NCBI GenBank assembly: GCA_001642005.1
Contig: LWCA01000258.1
Coordinates: 1-36,055, forward strand
From: Intoshia linei
Lineage: Eukaryota > Animalia > Orthonectida
DNA: 36,055 bases
Direction of reading: 5' to 3'
Positions 23,956 to 36,055 of this stretch are shown here, piece after piece. Within the stretch, counting starts at the first letter, position 1; every line of letters starts with the position of its first letter. The position numbers were made by a program, and so were the translations under genes. The notes under the pieces were generated by a model. It did no database searches. It was not told the origin of the DNA and saw only the letters and a program-made list of their open reading frames with translations.

Positions 23956-26900
23956 TTAGTGTAATTGGCTTAGGTCAGTGATTAATCGGAGAAGTTTAGT
24001 GTCTTCACCTTTTTTGATGCTTTCTGGATCCTAAAATATATTTTAAAAAAAGTTTTTTTGATATAAACAAATATTTCACTAAAAATTTGGTTCAATTTAG
24101 AATTGCTTGATGATAAAACGGTTTCGACGAAATCTCCATCAATATAATTTTCAATTTCGCGAGGTTTACGCATATCTGAATAAGTACTTCTCCAGCTAAA
24201 AACAAATTGTCAAAAATAATAATTAGAAATATAAACCTTTTATGAGTAATATTTCCGATGGAGGTATTTTCGGAGAGTTTAGATTGTAATTTTTCAAGTA
24301 AAAGAAATTGTTCTTTGGTAATGTTGACAATTATACCTAAAATTAAGTAAGCATTCAATAAAACCATCAATAAATACCGATCATTCCACATACAGTGCCA
24401 AACATGATAATTTTTGAAACGTCAATAACGGATTGAGGTTGACAAGAAATTAAGCTTCCTTTACGGAAAACGTTAATTTGTGATCCCATATGCATTCGAC
24501 CCTCACTTTTTAACATTTTCACAAAAACGTCAGGGCCAAATTTTACTTTTGCATTAGGTAGCGGCATGATTCTGTAGTACATATTTATTATTTATATCAT
24601 TTGTACTTACGAAATAACTTTTTTCTTAGTTCATGGAAAAATATAATATAAAGATTTTATAATAAAATATTTTTTGCAATCATAGATATGTAATTTTAGA
24701 TTTAAATTTGAATTTAAAAATATTGCTGTTTATTTTTGCTATTAATAGCAATACATTTTGCTTTTAAATTAAAAAGCACTTGCTGTCTGCACAGCAAAAA
24801 ACAGCAGCGCTGTTTCCATCCCTGCTGATGAATCATCAGTGATGTTGGGTGCTTATTAATATTATTGCAAGCATCCATTCATTATAAAAGCTATGACCAA
24901 GATCAAGATACCACTATTTTACAAACCATAGCACAGAGAGTACTAAATGGGTCCGCATAGATCTACTGTAATTCACAGAATCCTTACTTACATAATATGC
25001 TATACGATATTTGTGTGTGAGTGCTACCGTTTATTTCAATAACTACCAGTCTTAGAATTTTATAAAGTTTAAATTTCAATTACAGTATTTTCCGGGGATG
25101 TTAGAAAAATAAATTTTAACCTCCCAAACTCACATCTAACGGGTGATTAGCCTAATTGTCCTTTTTTTGACAATCAAACGAGTTCGAGAATTTAAAAAAA
25201 TATATACTCTGGAATTATATTTTTTTTCATTTATTTTTTTGGTATAATAAAAATGGCCCTCGTCAGAGCAAGGTGCTGTTTGTACGTAGTACATAACAGT
25301 CAACTTAGTTTAATATAAAATTTCTCACACCACTGAATAAATTTAAAAAAATACGATACTATAATTTCAATAACTGTTAACCTGCCCAGTTAAACCACTC
25401 GTACATGTACTATCTCTAAATATATGAAATTTTCATAAAGATGTACATTGGAATTGTAACAATTTATTTAAAAATATTACTTTTGGTTGTATTTTAAAAT
25501 GGGTGCCCAGTGGCCACTAATGGGAAAAACCAAACTATAGTCACACGAATAATTATTTTTACCACCAAAACAATAAAAATACCTATGGTTTATTTCATCG
25601 TCCTCGTCTATATAACAATCTAAGTAAGGGTCAAAACGTTTTCTCCTAAAGCTCTTAATATTGCAACTGCTTTCAGAAGCCAAAAAGTTTTTTTCATCAA
25701 AAATTTCAACAGCAGTGAGCCATTCACTCTTAAATTCACGTCCAATCTAAAAAATAAATTGTAAAGTTAACTCAGTATATATTTACTTCCTTAAGTGTAC
25801 AAGTCGTAGGATTATATTCCAAAAGAATAACACTTTGTAATACATCACCAACCAAAATTAAATTGTTATATGTCTTTAAATATAAAGCTACCACAGTTTC
25901 AGTAAAGACACACTCTTTTTTCAATGAATTGTTAACCCAATTATATACTTCAATCTAAATTTTGATATGAATAACGTTTAAACACAAGTCACAATCAAAT
26001 GTTAATGATATGTCGGTAATATCACTAGAGTAATGGTTCCCCATCGTGAGTCTTGGAGCCAGTGGCGGATCTAGGATTTTTAGCCAGGAGGCAAAATAAT
26101 TATTAGGAGGCCAAACGTATAAAATGTATTTAAATTAGAATTTTTATATTACGTTTATTAAATAATTTTATCTATAATAATTAATATTTTATTTCTAGTT
26201 TTCATTCTACTAAATTTTTCAATGTTAAACATTCAACTGTTGAGTCGTTCAATTGCAAATCTTTAAAAATTAGGTAAAAAAATTGCCTTAAAACCTTACA
26301 AAATTGTCTTCAAAATATTTAAAAATTGAGTACAAAAAACTTCCCATAAATTCCCTATAAAAATTTAATAAATATAAAGATAAATAGCCTGTAGGTAATT
26401 TAATATTATCCTTACTTATATAATATGCTACGCAATATTTGTTTGTGTGTGTGTTCCACTTTATTGAAATAAGTACCAGTCTTAGAATTTTATAAAGTCT
26501 AGATTTCAATTAAAGTTTTTTTCGAGACGTATAATAAAATAAATTTCCACCTACCAAACTCAGATCTTACGGGTCAAAAACCCCAATTGTCCCTCTTTTT
26601 AAAAATGAAACGAGTTAGAGAACTTAAAAAAATATATACGCTGATAATGATTTTAAAATCATAAACATTATCATAAATTTAAATTTAACAAAATTATATC
26701 TTTAGGGCAAAAACCACCAATTACCCTTCTTTTTTTAATGAAAACAGCCCTAGCATATAAAAAAATTTACAGATGGTACAGTTGTATCCTGTTAACACAC
26801 AATAACAATTTCAATCCCAATAAATGACGACTTCACGGTCAAAAAAGCATTTAAGTATTCATATATTTTTTTTCCGAAATATTTTATTAAAACAAAAAAT

Positions 26901-29900
26901 ATTAAATATTTAACGGTCCGAAAATTAAAAAAAAAATTATTTTGATAGAGCTTATTCCAGTTGATATAAATATAAAAGTTCAACCCGAGAAATCTACGTA
27001 TTCCCGGTGAAAACTAATTTTTAATATATTATCAACCCATATTTTTCAAATATTTCGATTAAAATAAAAATTGAAAATGTAAATATTGATCCTACAATTT
27101 TAAAATAAAATGTGCATTGAACGTCTACACATTTCCAATTATAATAAAAATCTATATAATTCATTCCTTCGGAATTTTTTTTATTGCTACGCAATTTTTA
27201 AATTTCAAATTCTAATTTCTAAAACATTTTGTTTAAAATTTAAATTAAAACTACACCAACGATTACTAAAAGTAATACAACTTTGTTAATATCATTTTTA
27301 TATTTATTACAATCCTTTGCAATATTGGTAAAATTCAGCTTATATATGTTTATGAAGTTATGATTCCGTTAATTATTGATACATAATTGTTCTTATAGAC
27401 AGATTTTATATACAGATAATTAATGATACACAATGAGTATTTTTAAGTATTTATATTGGTACTGAATATATATCATCACATTAAAAATGAAAAAATAGGT
27501 TTTTATCATTTTATTTTTTCTGGAATTTATGCTATTTATGACAATTTTTAGGATTGGACTGGTTTTTACTTTACTTTTAATATTATACACACATTTTGTC
27601 TAATAAAATTGGACTGTTTTTACTTTATTTTTAATATTATACACACATTCTGTCTAATAAAATTAAAAGAATGGGATAACTTTTTTTTAAAATTCTTTAC
27701 ACAAATGTTAACAACAAAATTAAGTTGGAATAATTCACTTTAAAGTAAAAAGTAATATGTGTAAAAGTAAAAGTAAGTCCACCTGAAACAAGTTTGGGAA
27801 CCATTCCTTTAAGGGTGGTAATAGTGAATAGTAGGATTCTTAAGTTAGATTTTTAACGTGAATTTATTTTTTTTGGTAGAATAAAATGTGCCCTCGGCAG
27901 AGCTAGGTGCTGTTTGTACGTAGTATACATAGTATAACACAAGTGTACATAGTATTTTTATACGTAGTATAACAGTCAACCTAGTATTATATATAACATG
28001 ATTAATAAACCTTGTTACTGACAGCGGCAACCAATTTTCCTTCAACAGAAGCCAAACAAGCCACAGCTCCAGTCGTGTCAATTGAACTGATCAATTCCAA
28101 AGATCCTATAAATTATTATAATCCATTGAAAAAATGAAACCTTCACATTTTAAAATCAACAATCTTCCGTCAAGAGGTTCCGGTGAATCAACACTAAATA
28201 TTGCGGTACCAACGACAAAAAATTGATTTTTCTCATTTTTAAATTGAATCGAAATAACTGACAATCCGTGTTCGCGGTTCGGGAGTCTTAGAGTACTAGC
28301 AACTAAATGAATATAAAATATATTTTAAACATTTAAAAGATGTACTTTCAAAAGTATGTGAATTGATAAGAGTAACAGAATGAGTTTCCTTGCTTAAATC
28401 ATCGTTTTCAATTTGAGCCTGCGATTCATACAAACATTGCAATTGATCATTGACAGTGACATTTCTCTTACGAACCTTTGCATGATATTTTTCGTTTCTA
28501 TCAAAAAATTTGCAACTTTTGGGAATAACGACTGGTTCAAGAGTTTCAATAGGATTATGAAAATTTGGACAAGCATGTTTATCATTTTCTAATCTATAAC
28601 TCAGTAAACATAGACAATTTGTCTTTTCCGCGTACGCTATTCTTCTCGGAGATTCACCCAAGTTGAGAGACAGTGTATGCAGTTTCTGAATTTTATCGAT
28701 TCGAGAAATTTGAATGCCATCACTATATGCAAATGCAAAATAATCTGAACAATTATGATAAAAAGGCATTACAACAACATCTACTATATCTTGAAGTTCC
28801 ACGTGTGAAAAGTAGATTCTGCCGGATGAAAAAACTATAATGGTGGGTCTGTCTCCAGTTACAAATATACATTCTGATGATTGATTTTTGAATTTGTACA
28901 TTAATGCTGCTCTAGTACCAACGTTGACAAGACGCTCTCCGGACAATTTAATGTCTTGTTCGTCTTCTGTAATTTCATAATATGAAAGGGACCCATTTCC
29001 AAAACTAATAAACAAGTATTTTTGGTTGGAAAAATTAATATCAATTAAACAATTTACAAAACTTGTATTTGAATAGTTGAAAGACTGGAGTAAAACCAGA
29101 GAAGAACTATAAATGTTGAGATAATCTTCTTCCCAAAAACTAGTAAATACAAGGGTATTTAAGTAATCATTATGGATAAGGGATATATGGCATATTGATA
29201 AATCTTTAACTACAATCGAATTTATTTTAGCCATTTCTTCATCTCGTATTTCGTAAAAATTGAGTATGCTGCCTTCGTTAGAAAATGCCAATTCGTGATT
29301 CAAAACCGAACAAGCATCGATGTAATTATGTTCAATTTTGGTAATGACTAAATCTAGAGAAATGTTGATTAGAGAAATGGTGGAACAGGTTTGTATCACA
29401 TACACGGCATTTTCTATATGAAAAAACTTTATAGTTTCCTCATTTTCATTGATACAATCTAAATGTACAATATTGTAATTATTTTCCGTCACATGAATGA
29501 CCCTTGTGGAATAAGGGTAAGAAATAATAAATTTGAATTCTTCGTTTCCCTGTCTAACTTTTTTTGGATCTGGTTCCTTGAACTCGGATTGAATTGACTT
29601 AAATTTTTTTTTACATTGTATTACCCATAAATATTTTAGGTGACTGGTTTCAATTATTTTTTTGTTATTTAACCCAATTCCATTAGTAATTAATTTCAAA
29701 GATCCATGTTGGTGAGACCCGCAACAGGCCAAAATTTTATCTAATCCACAATGGGTTGCCGAGATAAAACACATGTCGACAATTGGAGCCAAATTTTCCA
29801 TTTCCTCAATCTTTTCAATGTAACAACCAGAATAATCTGTATTTGTTTTAATTTTAATGATCTCTGAATTCCCAATCCTGGATCCAATGAAAATGTAATA

Positions 29901-31115
29901 GTTACCTAAAAACGCAATAGTCTCTGCGACAGCAGTTTTCCCGAGTAATTCAATGTCCAATGAATCAATTACATGCGATGTGTGGTGAGATTTAGAATAT
30001 CGTCGTCGACTGACATGCAGATTATGAGTTACGGGTTTGAGTTTCAAAACCATCAAGAACAAGTATCCCGTATTATCAGATAAAGCGTATTTCCATCCAC
30101 TCGTTCCAATAGAGGTAATACAGTTAATTATATCAATTCCAGGTAACGTTGCAGACACTGTAATGGTATCATTACTTTCAGAAATGTACGAAATGCTACC
30201 AGATGAAAAAACCATCAATCCATACAAAGGTCCTTCTAATGCCATTAACCGGTAAGATGTCACAACAATATTTGGAATGACACAAATAATTTTAGAAATG
30301 CTTTTGGAATTTTGGTGCACATCATGGATATTAATTTGACGGTTTCCATTCTGCTCGTGTAAAATAGCTAAAGTTGGTATACGATAACCGTATAAAAAAA
30401 CAAAATCTAGAATATTGACTTGTTCAACAGGAATTTTAAAATGTTCTATATCACTATATTCCATCAAATCTGCAACAGGTATCATGAAAAAAAATCCATC
30501 ATAAATGCGGACCCCAATCAGAGAATGCTCAACTCCAATTCTCGAAAGAAAACCAAAATTGGAAGGACTATTTGAGTAGTCAATTAATTCAATTTTTGCT
30601 AACGTTATAATTGAAGCTACCTTCATTTGTTCTATTGTCGACACTTCTTCAAATTTTAGCAAAAAAAATGTATATTTCTTTGTTATCACTGCCAAATAGT
30701 CACGTTTCATGTGAGGTAATCTTATGGGTTGCAAAAAAATTATTGAACCAAAAATATCCTCTCTTCTAAAAAATGTCAATTGACCCGATTTCGACACAAT
30801 ATACATTTCAAAGTAGGTAGTTTTCACAACCACTAAATTTACATATTTTTTTGAAGTAAATTTTGCAAAACAACTGCTAGTTACTGCCGTTGGTTTATTA
30901 CAGGTAGCCACATAATTGTATGAACATTTTACTTCTTTTATCGATTTTCTTTGAGTTTGTAAATTTGATAATAAAAAATTACGCATATCTCCGTCACTTC
31001 CAAAATGCTCTGCTTGTGATGCATTTACGACTATTGGTGGACTAGGAAATATATCTACTTGTGGGTTTTCGTATCCCAAACTTGTTCCATAATTATAGCG
31101 ATAATTATCAGCCAT
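23956..31115 (-). CDS. DDB1: DNA damage-binding protein 1 (CUL4 adaptor), ~1284 aa, 9 exons
   Basis: Exons 31115-28346, 28302-28141, 28105-28011, 25954-25787, 25746-25583, 24571-24378, 24336-24237, 24195-24069, 24030-23956, all GT-AG and in frame. Hallmarks: SYNYVATCNKPTAV, IGVRIYDG, IFIGSRIGNS, NLAPIVDM, IDKIQKLH...LGESPRRIAY, INVFRKGSL, YIDGDFVE, and the C-terminus LITDLSQLH. Confidence 0.96.
26520..27375. repeat. Dispersed ~850-bp repeat in DDB1 intron 3 (inverted copy of 13090-13945)
   Basis: See 13090-13945. The segment ~26470-26640 also matches ~25040-25210 (TACCAGTCTTAGAATTTTATAAAGT). Confidence 0.85.
27554..27662. repeat. ~55-bp tandem duplication
   Basis: TTGGACTG(G)TTTTTACTTTA(C/T)TTTTAATATTATACACACATT(T/C)TGTCTAATAAAA twice in tandem. 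Confidence 0.88.
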
Positions 31116-31735
31116 TTTAAATATTATATAATTTAAATTTTATTCTTGATTAAAGTTTCATATTTTTGGGAAATAAAGTTTTACTTAAATTTATAACTTG
31201 AAATAAATGTTTATCGGAATCATTAGATGGACTTGAAAATTAATCCTGATAAACCCACTCTTGTGTTAATCAAGTATCCGTTTCTCATTAAAGATGTTGA
31301 TGTCATTTTAAATACTCTTATGTCCAAGGATAATATTTTAAAAGTATTTTATTATTAACAAATTATGTCTATCTTTACAAAAATTTAATTTTAGCGCCAA
31401 TTCTTGTAATTTTATAATTTTAAAGAATAGTTTTTGGAAACGTTCATTTCACGTTTTGTTTTCTAGGCATAAATTAATTTCAGTGAATTTATGATTTCTA
31501 TTTAAAATTTAGTATAAAAATAAAATTATGTCATGTTAAAAAAATTTATAAAATAGAGAAAAATAATAATTAACAATTGTAAATTGTTATTCGGATTTAA
31601 AAATTACATAAGCTATTTCATAAAAAATCAAAAATTTTCCGCTTTGAAAAAGAGTAATTTGTCAAGTTTTTATCGAACATTTATCCAAATAACAATTTAA
31701 TTATTACTTTTTTGCAATCTTAAAAATTTTATATA

Positions 31736-32180
31736 CAGTACACTCGAAAAGTGACCACTTTTTGCAATAAATTTAAAATCATTGCATCACTTTATGTACA
31801 TGATATTTAAACGAGAATATTTTTAAACCCAACCATTTTTACTAAAAATCAAATCTTATTTTAGGATTGATAAAACTGCATTTTTCCTGTTACTGTTGGT
31901 AAATTTTGATTTTTAGTAAAAATGGTTGGATTTAAGTAGACACCCTTTTTCTACTATACAAAAATATTTTAGAATGGTTTCATTTGAAACATCTGATGAC
32001 TTTATTATTTTGTTTTCCAATAAGTATAAATTTAATGTAATTTCGTCTATAAAAATTTAAATTTATTAAATGTGTAATTATTGGACACGTTCCAATTTAT
32101 ATTTTTGGTGGTCAGTGACAACTGGTCACTTTTGGGAGGTGGTCACCTATACGATGTGATCACTTTTTGAACTTCTACTG
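31736..32180. mobile_element. Degenerate Tc1/mariner-superfamily (pogo/Tigger-like) MITE candidate
   Basis: TA|CAGTACACTCGAAAAGTGACCAC at the left and GTGATCACTTTTTGAACTTCTACTG at the right, with repeated subterminal GGTCAC motifs. It is followed immediately by a hAT left end, CAGCGGTTCTCAACC (32181). Confidence 0.5.
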
Positions 32181-33699
32181 CAGCGGTTCTCAACCTTTTT
32201 CAGGCCATGCCCCAAAAAAGTTTTATCTAAAATTCCATGACCCACCTTAAAAAACCTTAAAATATCTACTTTTATTTACAGTAAAATGCTTTATTTATTT
32301 AAATTTATACTAGTTAATGACTGCCTTGGTATTGGTGTTGGATCTATGGATTTTTCCATAAAAGAGTTAGTAAAATTGTATTCTTAGTAGAAATGGTTGC
32401 ATACTAATGTTAAGAATATTTTCAATTTTAACATTTTAAGATTATTTTTATTTATTATTTTTAAATTAAATTTAAAAATCGATGGTAACAAAATTATTGA
32501 AATTTTTTGTTTTACAATTGGTGTCTTGTTTAGTTCGTCTCAATATCACTCAATATGAACTTTTTATTCACAATTCATTTGAAAATTAAATATAACTTTA
32601 CGTAATGATTGTAAATGCATGTTAACATAATTAAATATTCATTATCATTATGGCGCATGATTTAAACGATATTAATTACGATACTCTATATGAAATTGTA
32701 AGGGATATAGAGCGGTAGGCAAAATGAGATTGGGAACCCTGATCTTTACTATACTCAGCATAATTTTGAAAAACTTTATTCTTTTATTTTCATACATTTT
32801 CACATTGGTAATTTAAAAATAATACAAGTTTAAATTAAAACATACATTCCAGGCGTGTGGTGATAGTACATAAAATTGCATCAGACAGTGAAAGGGTTGA
32901 ATTAAAGGTTAAATTGTGATAAAAATTGTAAAATTTATTACAAAATAATTATAATCTATTTTTACAACTGAAATTAATAAATTATTTTTTTAATTAAATA
33001 TTTTGTAAAAATTATATTTGTATTAAAAAATGAGTTTACTAAACAGTAAATAGAATATAATGTAAAGATAATGTATTATAAGCGTAATATACAGATTCCC
33101 CCTTTTTAAATAAATGTATTATATATCTGCCTTATTAAACTTTTAAGTTTTCTTTTTCAATTTAGAAGCATTTTAAATTTCAACCTGATTTAAAATTTAC
33201 ATATATATATATAATCATAACTAATTTTTAAAAATGGTTTTAACTTGTTTAGTTTTATAATTAAATTTTATATTAATTAATGGCGAGTTATAGAATAAAA
33301 TGTTAATATTTCTATATTACAGTAATAATCATTTAGCGAACTACATAATTGGCGAGTTGTAGAGAGAATACTGTATTTATATAAATTCACAGTAACCCAT
33401 ATAATGCATAAAATATACACTTTTTCTTTAATGCAACTTAACATTTTATCTAATTCAAAAAACTTGCCTTAAAAATTATAATTTTGTAAACTAAATGGAA
33501 TGTCATGTTTGCATAAAGCAATCTATTTCAATATCCAAAAATGACAGGGTGTTTTAGAATCGCATGTCATTGTTGGTAAAACTAGGATTTTTCCCTTAAA
33601 GCTTGATAAATTTTGATTTTCAATAACAATGATTGGATTTTAGTAAAATGTGTTGAATTTAATTAGACGCCCAAATAATAATATTGTTTATTTTTTAAT

Positions 33700-34700
33700 T
33701 TTATAAAATTATTTCATTATTCCGACTTGATTTTCAAATGCAATTTCACATCAATAACATTTTCATCCTGTTATTGATGAAAACATTTCCTGCTCATCAG
33801 TGGTAACAATTTGAGAATAATCACGCGACTTGGATATACATGTATATTGGAAGAATCATCGCCTACAATCTCGTCCATTCAGTGTAATCAGTTTTGTTTA
33901 ATTCGTCAAATGGTAATGGATCTATAAATTTAGCTATATTGATAAATTTGTTATAATCTTCTGCAATTTCATTATCAAAATAATCAATGTTGATTAACAT
34001 TACTAGTTTTTAAATCAATTTTTGTATATTAGAAGATTTACTGAATTCCAAGAGAAATGATCCCATGTAGCCACATCTTTTAAATTCATTTTTTTAAACA
34101 TTGAAATGTTTACTTTCCATAGACTTTAAAATGTCTACGAGTTTTAAGGAATTAAATTGTGATTTAAAATTATTTATTATACGTTATATACCAATATATT
34201 GGCCATAGAACACCAGTTAAGTTTGGTTGGTAAATATATTATCTCAACATTATTTAATTTCATTGTCATTTTATGACATGGAAAATTATCAAAAGTGGAA
34301 AAGTATTAAAAGACCTTATTACCTTTTTATTTTTTATTCTATTAAATTTGTCAAAATCAGTAAGCCAGTTATTAAATAGTGTTGTATTCATCCATATCTT
34401 GGAGGAGTTTTGATAATATCAATAATTTTATTTATAAATGCTTATAAAAATAAGTTTATTCTAAAATCATTAAATAGATAATTAATCGACCAAATGCAGA
34501 TTTAAGATTGGTTCCGCCGACCAAACTTTCTAGTTCCTATGGTTCCGTTTTAATTGCGAAAAGATACAAATTTCGCAATCGAATGCTTATGAGATATAAA
34601 TTTTCTGAATCCGGCAAAATCATTCATCAAGTTATAGGATGTGTTTTGGAAATTTTTGACTTTAATGGTAATTTTCAATTATATTTTAATGCTTTGACAT
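33700..34700 (-). pseudogene. Heavily decayed coding-like sequence, possibly a hAT transposase relic
   Basis: Minus-strand translation has many stops but includes YLPTKLNWCSM (TRW.S-like) and EWTRL*AMILPIYMYIQVA*LFSNC (like the hAT dimerisation ER.FS motif). Weak evidence. Confidence 0.3.
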
Positions 34701-34874
34701 TTTTATTATATTAATTAACATTAAGACATTATTTCACTTTTAATAGCATTATTATTTTGATTATAATCAACAGATAATTATCTTTCGATTAAGCTAGACA
34801 TTTCTTAACTTTTATAACATTGTAAGTTCATTCAATTGTTAATTTTTAATATTATATAATAACATACATAATGT

Positions 34875-35460
34875 ACAGGTTATTCTCGATATTTTACACA
34901 CGATATTTAGACAAAATCTGAAGTTTATTTTTTTTTGTAATTTGTAAATAAGTTACTATCATTTAATTGTATCCATAATCTATTTAAATATATCACAATT
35001 TTAAATGAAAAATTGAAAACTGAAAATTTTAAAGGATATTAATGGTGGAATGAAACCATCTGAATTATCTAATAAATATGAAGTATCAAGGAGTACTATT
35101 TATTACATAAAAAAGAATAAAGACAAGGTAATTTTTCTAAAATGTCTTATGTAAATTTTAGAAAATCCTTATATTCTAAAGTGGAAGAGGCATTATTCTA
35201 TTGGTTTATAGAACGTAGATGTAGATCCGTACCTACTAACGATTTAATAATGACAGAGAAGGCCCAACAGTTCAAAAATATCTGATATCCATCTACCACA
35301 GCATTTAATGTTAGTGTAGGAATGTTATACACATTTAAAAGAAGACAGTATTATATTAAGGAAATGTTTCGGGGACTCATTGTCGGCGGACATGAGTTGG
35401 ATCGAAATATTTAAAGAAAAAATTTTAGAACTAACTATTGAAATGGGTTTAAACGATTCT
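34875..35460 (+). pseudogene. pogo/Tigger (CENP-B-like) transposase N-terminal relic
   Basis: KLKILKDINGGMKPSELSNKYEVSRSTIYYIKKNKDK (HTH_psq-like) and KVEEALFYWFIERRCRSVPTNDLIMTEKAQQF...FNVSVGMLYTFKRR (HTH_Tnp_Tc5-like), with a frameshift and stops. It begins at a TA|CAGGTTATTCTCGATAT Tigger-like terminus. Confidence 0.85.
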
Positions 35461-35681
35461 CTAACGACAACTGTTTGCTATCGAACACTTATTTAATTTT
35501 AATTTGCCGTTTTAACATGAAAATCAAAAAATAAATCATGAGAATTGTAAAAAAATTTGTTATAAAAATAAAAATGTTACTTAATGTTATCAATATTTAA
35601 AAAAATTCAAATGTAAATGTATTTTTCGCTATATAAATATTGCTATCAGTTATTCACGATATTTAGAACACTTTGCAACTA

Positions 35682-36055
35682 TTAGGTCGTTTCATAAGTA
35701 ATGTCGTTTTTTTAACAAAATTAAAAAGTTTATTTGATTACATTAAAAATAAAGTTATATTATAAAATATTCAACATTGCTTTCCAGTCTTTTTCCAACG
35801 TTTCGGTAGTCTATTTATACCATTAGCATAAAAACTCGCTTCTTTATTGGACAGAAAACTTTTCTGTCCAATTTTAACCCTTCATTTGAAGTGTATTTTT
35901 TACCATAGTAATGGTTACTAATAGCTTTAAATAGGTAATAATCAGATGGTGCTAAGTCTGATGAATACTGTGGATGTGGTAATACTTCAAATTTTAACTT
36001 CTTTAGAAGTGTGAGGTCTAGCATTGTCTTGTTGTAAAATAATATTGCCTTTACG
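35682..36055 (-). mobile_element. mariner (DD34D) element, 3' end with a degenerate transposase
   Basis: EVLPHPQYSSDLAPSDYYLF is the mariner YSPDLAPSDY motif (ORF 35815-36024, then a frameshift to GINRLPKRW). TIR TA|TTAGGTCGTTTCATAAGTAATGTCGTTTTT. The element runs off the window end. Confidence 0.9.

Noticed and set aside
24820-24850. TGATGA/CTGA motifs in a DDB1 intron suggesting a C/D snoRNA
   Set aside because: The orientation is wrong for the minus-strand host gene. It also directly abuts a hAT-like terminus (GTTTCCATCCCTG).
30037-30255. 72-aa + strand ORF (also 28394-28585, 27845-28081 and 21063-21272)
   Set aside because: These are antisense or off-frame shadows of DDB1 or of the 21-kb ORF.
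4603-31115. Functional cluster of proteostasis genes (RMND5, TTI2, DDB1)
   Set aside because: They belong to different complexes (CTLH, TTT, CRL4) and are interspersed with unrelated genes. Nothing in the sequence indicates more than chance adjacency.
35128-35161. GT...AG segment inside the Tigger relic, suggesting a spliced, domesticated CENP-B-like gene
   Set aside because: Removing it does not restore the reading frame, and in-frame stops remain.

Overview
Very AT-rich eukaryotic (animal) genomic DNA in the standard code, with many short GT-AG introns (mostly ~35-67 nt). This compact architecture resembles the orthonectid Intoshia linei, but that is an unverified inference. I assembled the gene models by hand from splice sites and frame continuity. 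In order they are: a lysine-rich coiled-coil MAP9/CCDC34/CCDC181-like gene (+, 1223-4592); RMND5/GID2 of the CTLH E3 ligase (-, 4603-10402); an intronless divergent TALE homeobox gene resembling spiralian-specific TALE/SPILE genes (-, 10666-11616); a single-pass membrane protein gene with a candidate 9-nt microexon (+, 15996-18258); an unknown protein (+, ~21067-22126); TTI2 (-, 22123-23343); and DDB1 (-, 23956-31115). Introns and intergenic DNA are crowded with DNA-transposon debris. This includes hAT MITEs with 8-bp TSDs (one nested pair), Tc1/mariner and pogo/Tigger relics, and an unclassified dispersed repeat built on ~130-bp subunits. The most notable observations are the divergent TALE homeobox gene with an N-terminal FRPW motif, two convergent gene pairs with essentially no 3' spacer (one sharing a TTAA stop palindrome), and the skewed intron distribution and N-terminal extension of DDB1. 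I found no prokaryote-type system (CRISPR, operon) and no clearly new multi-gene system.
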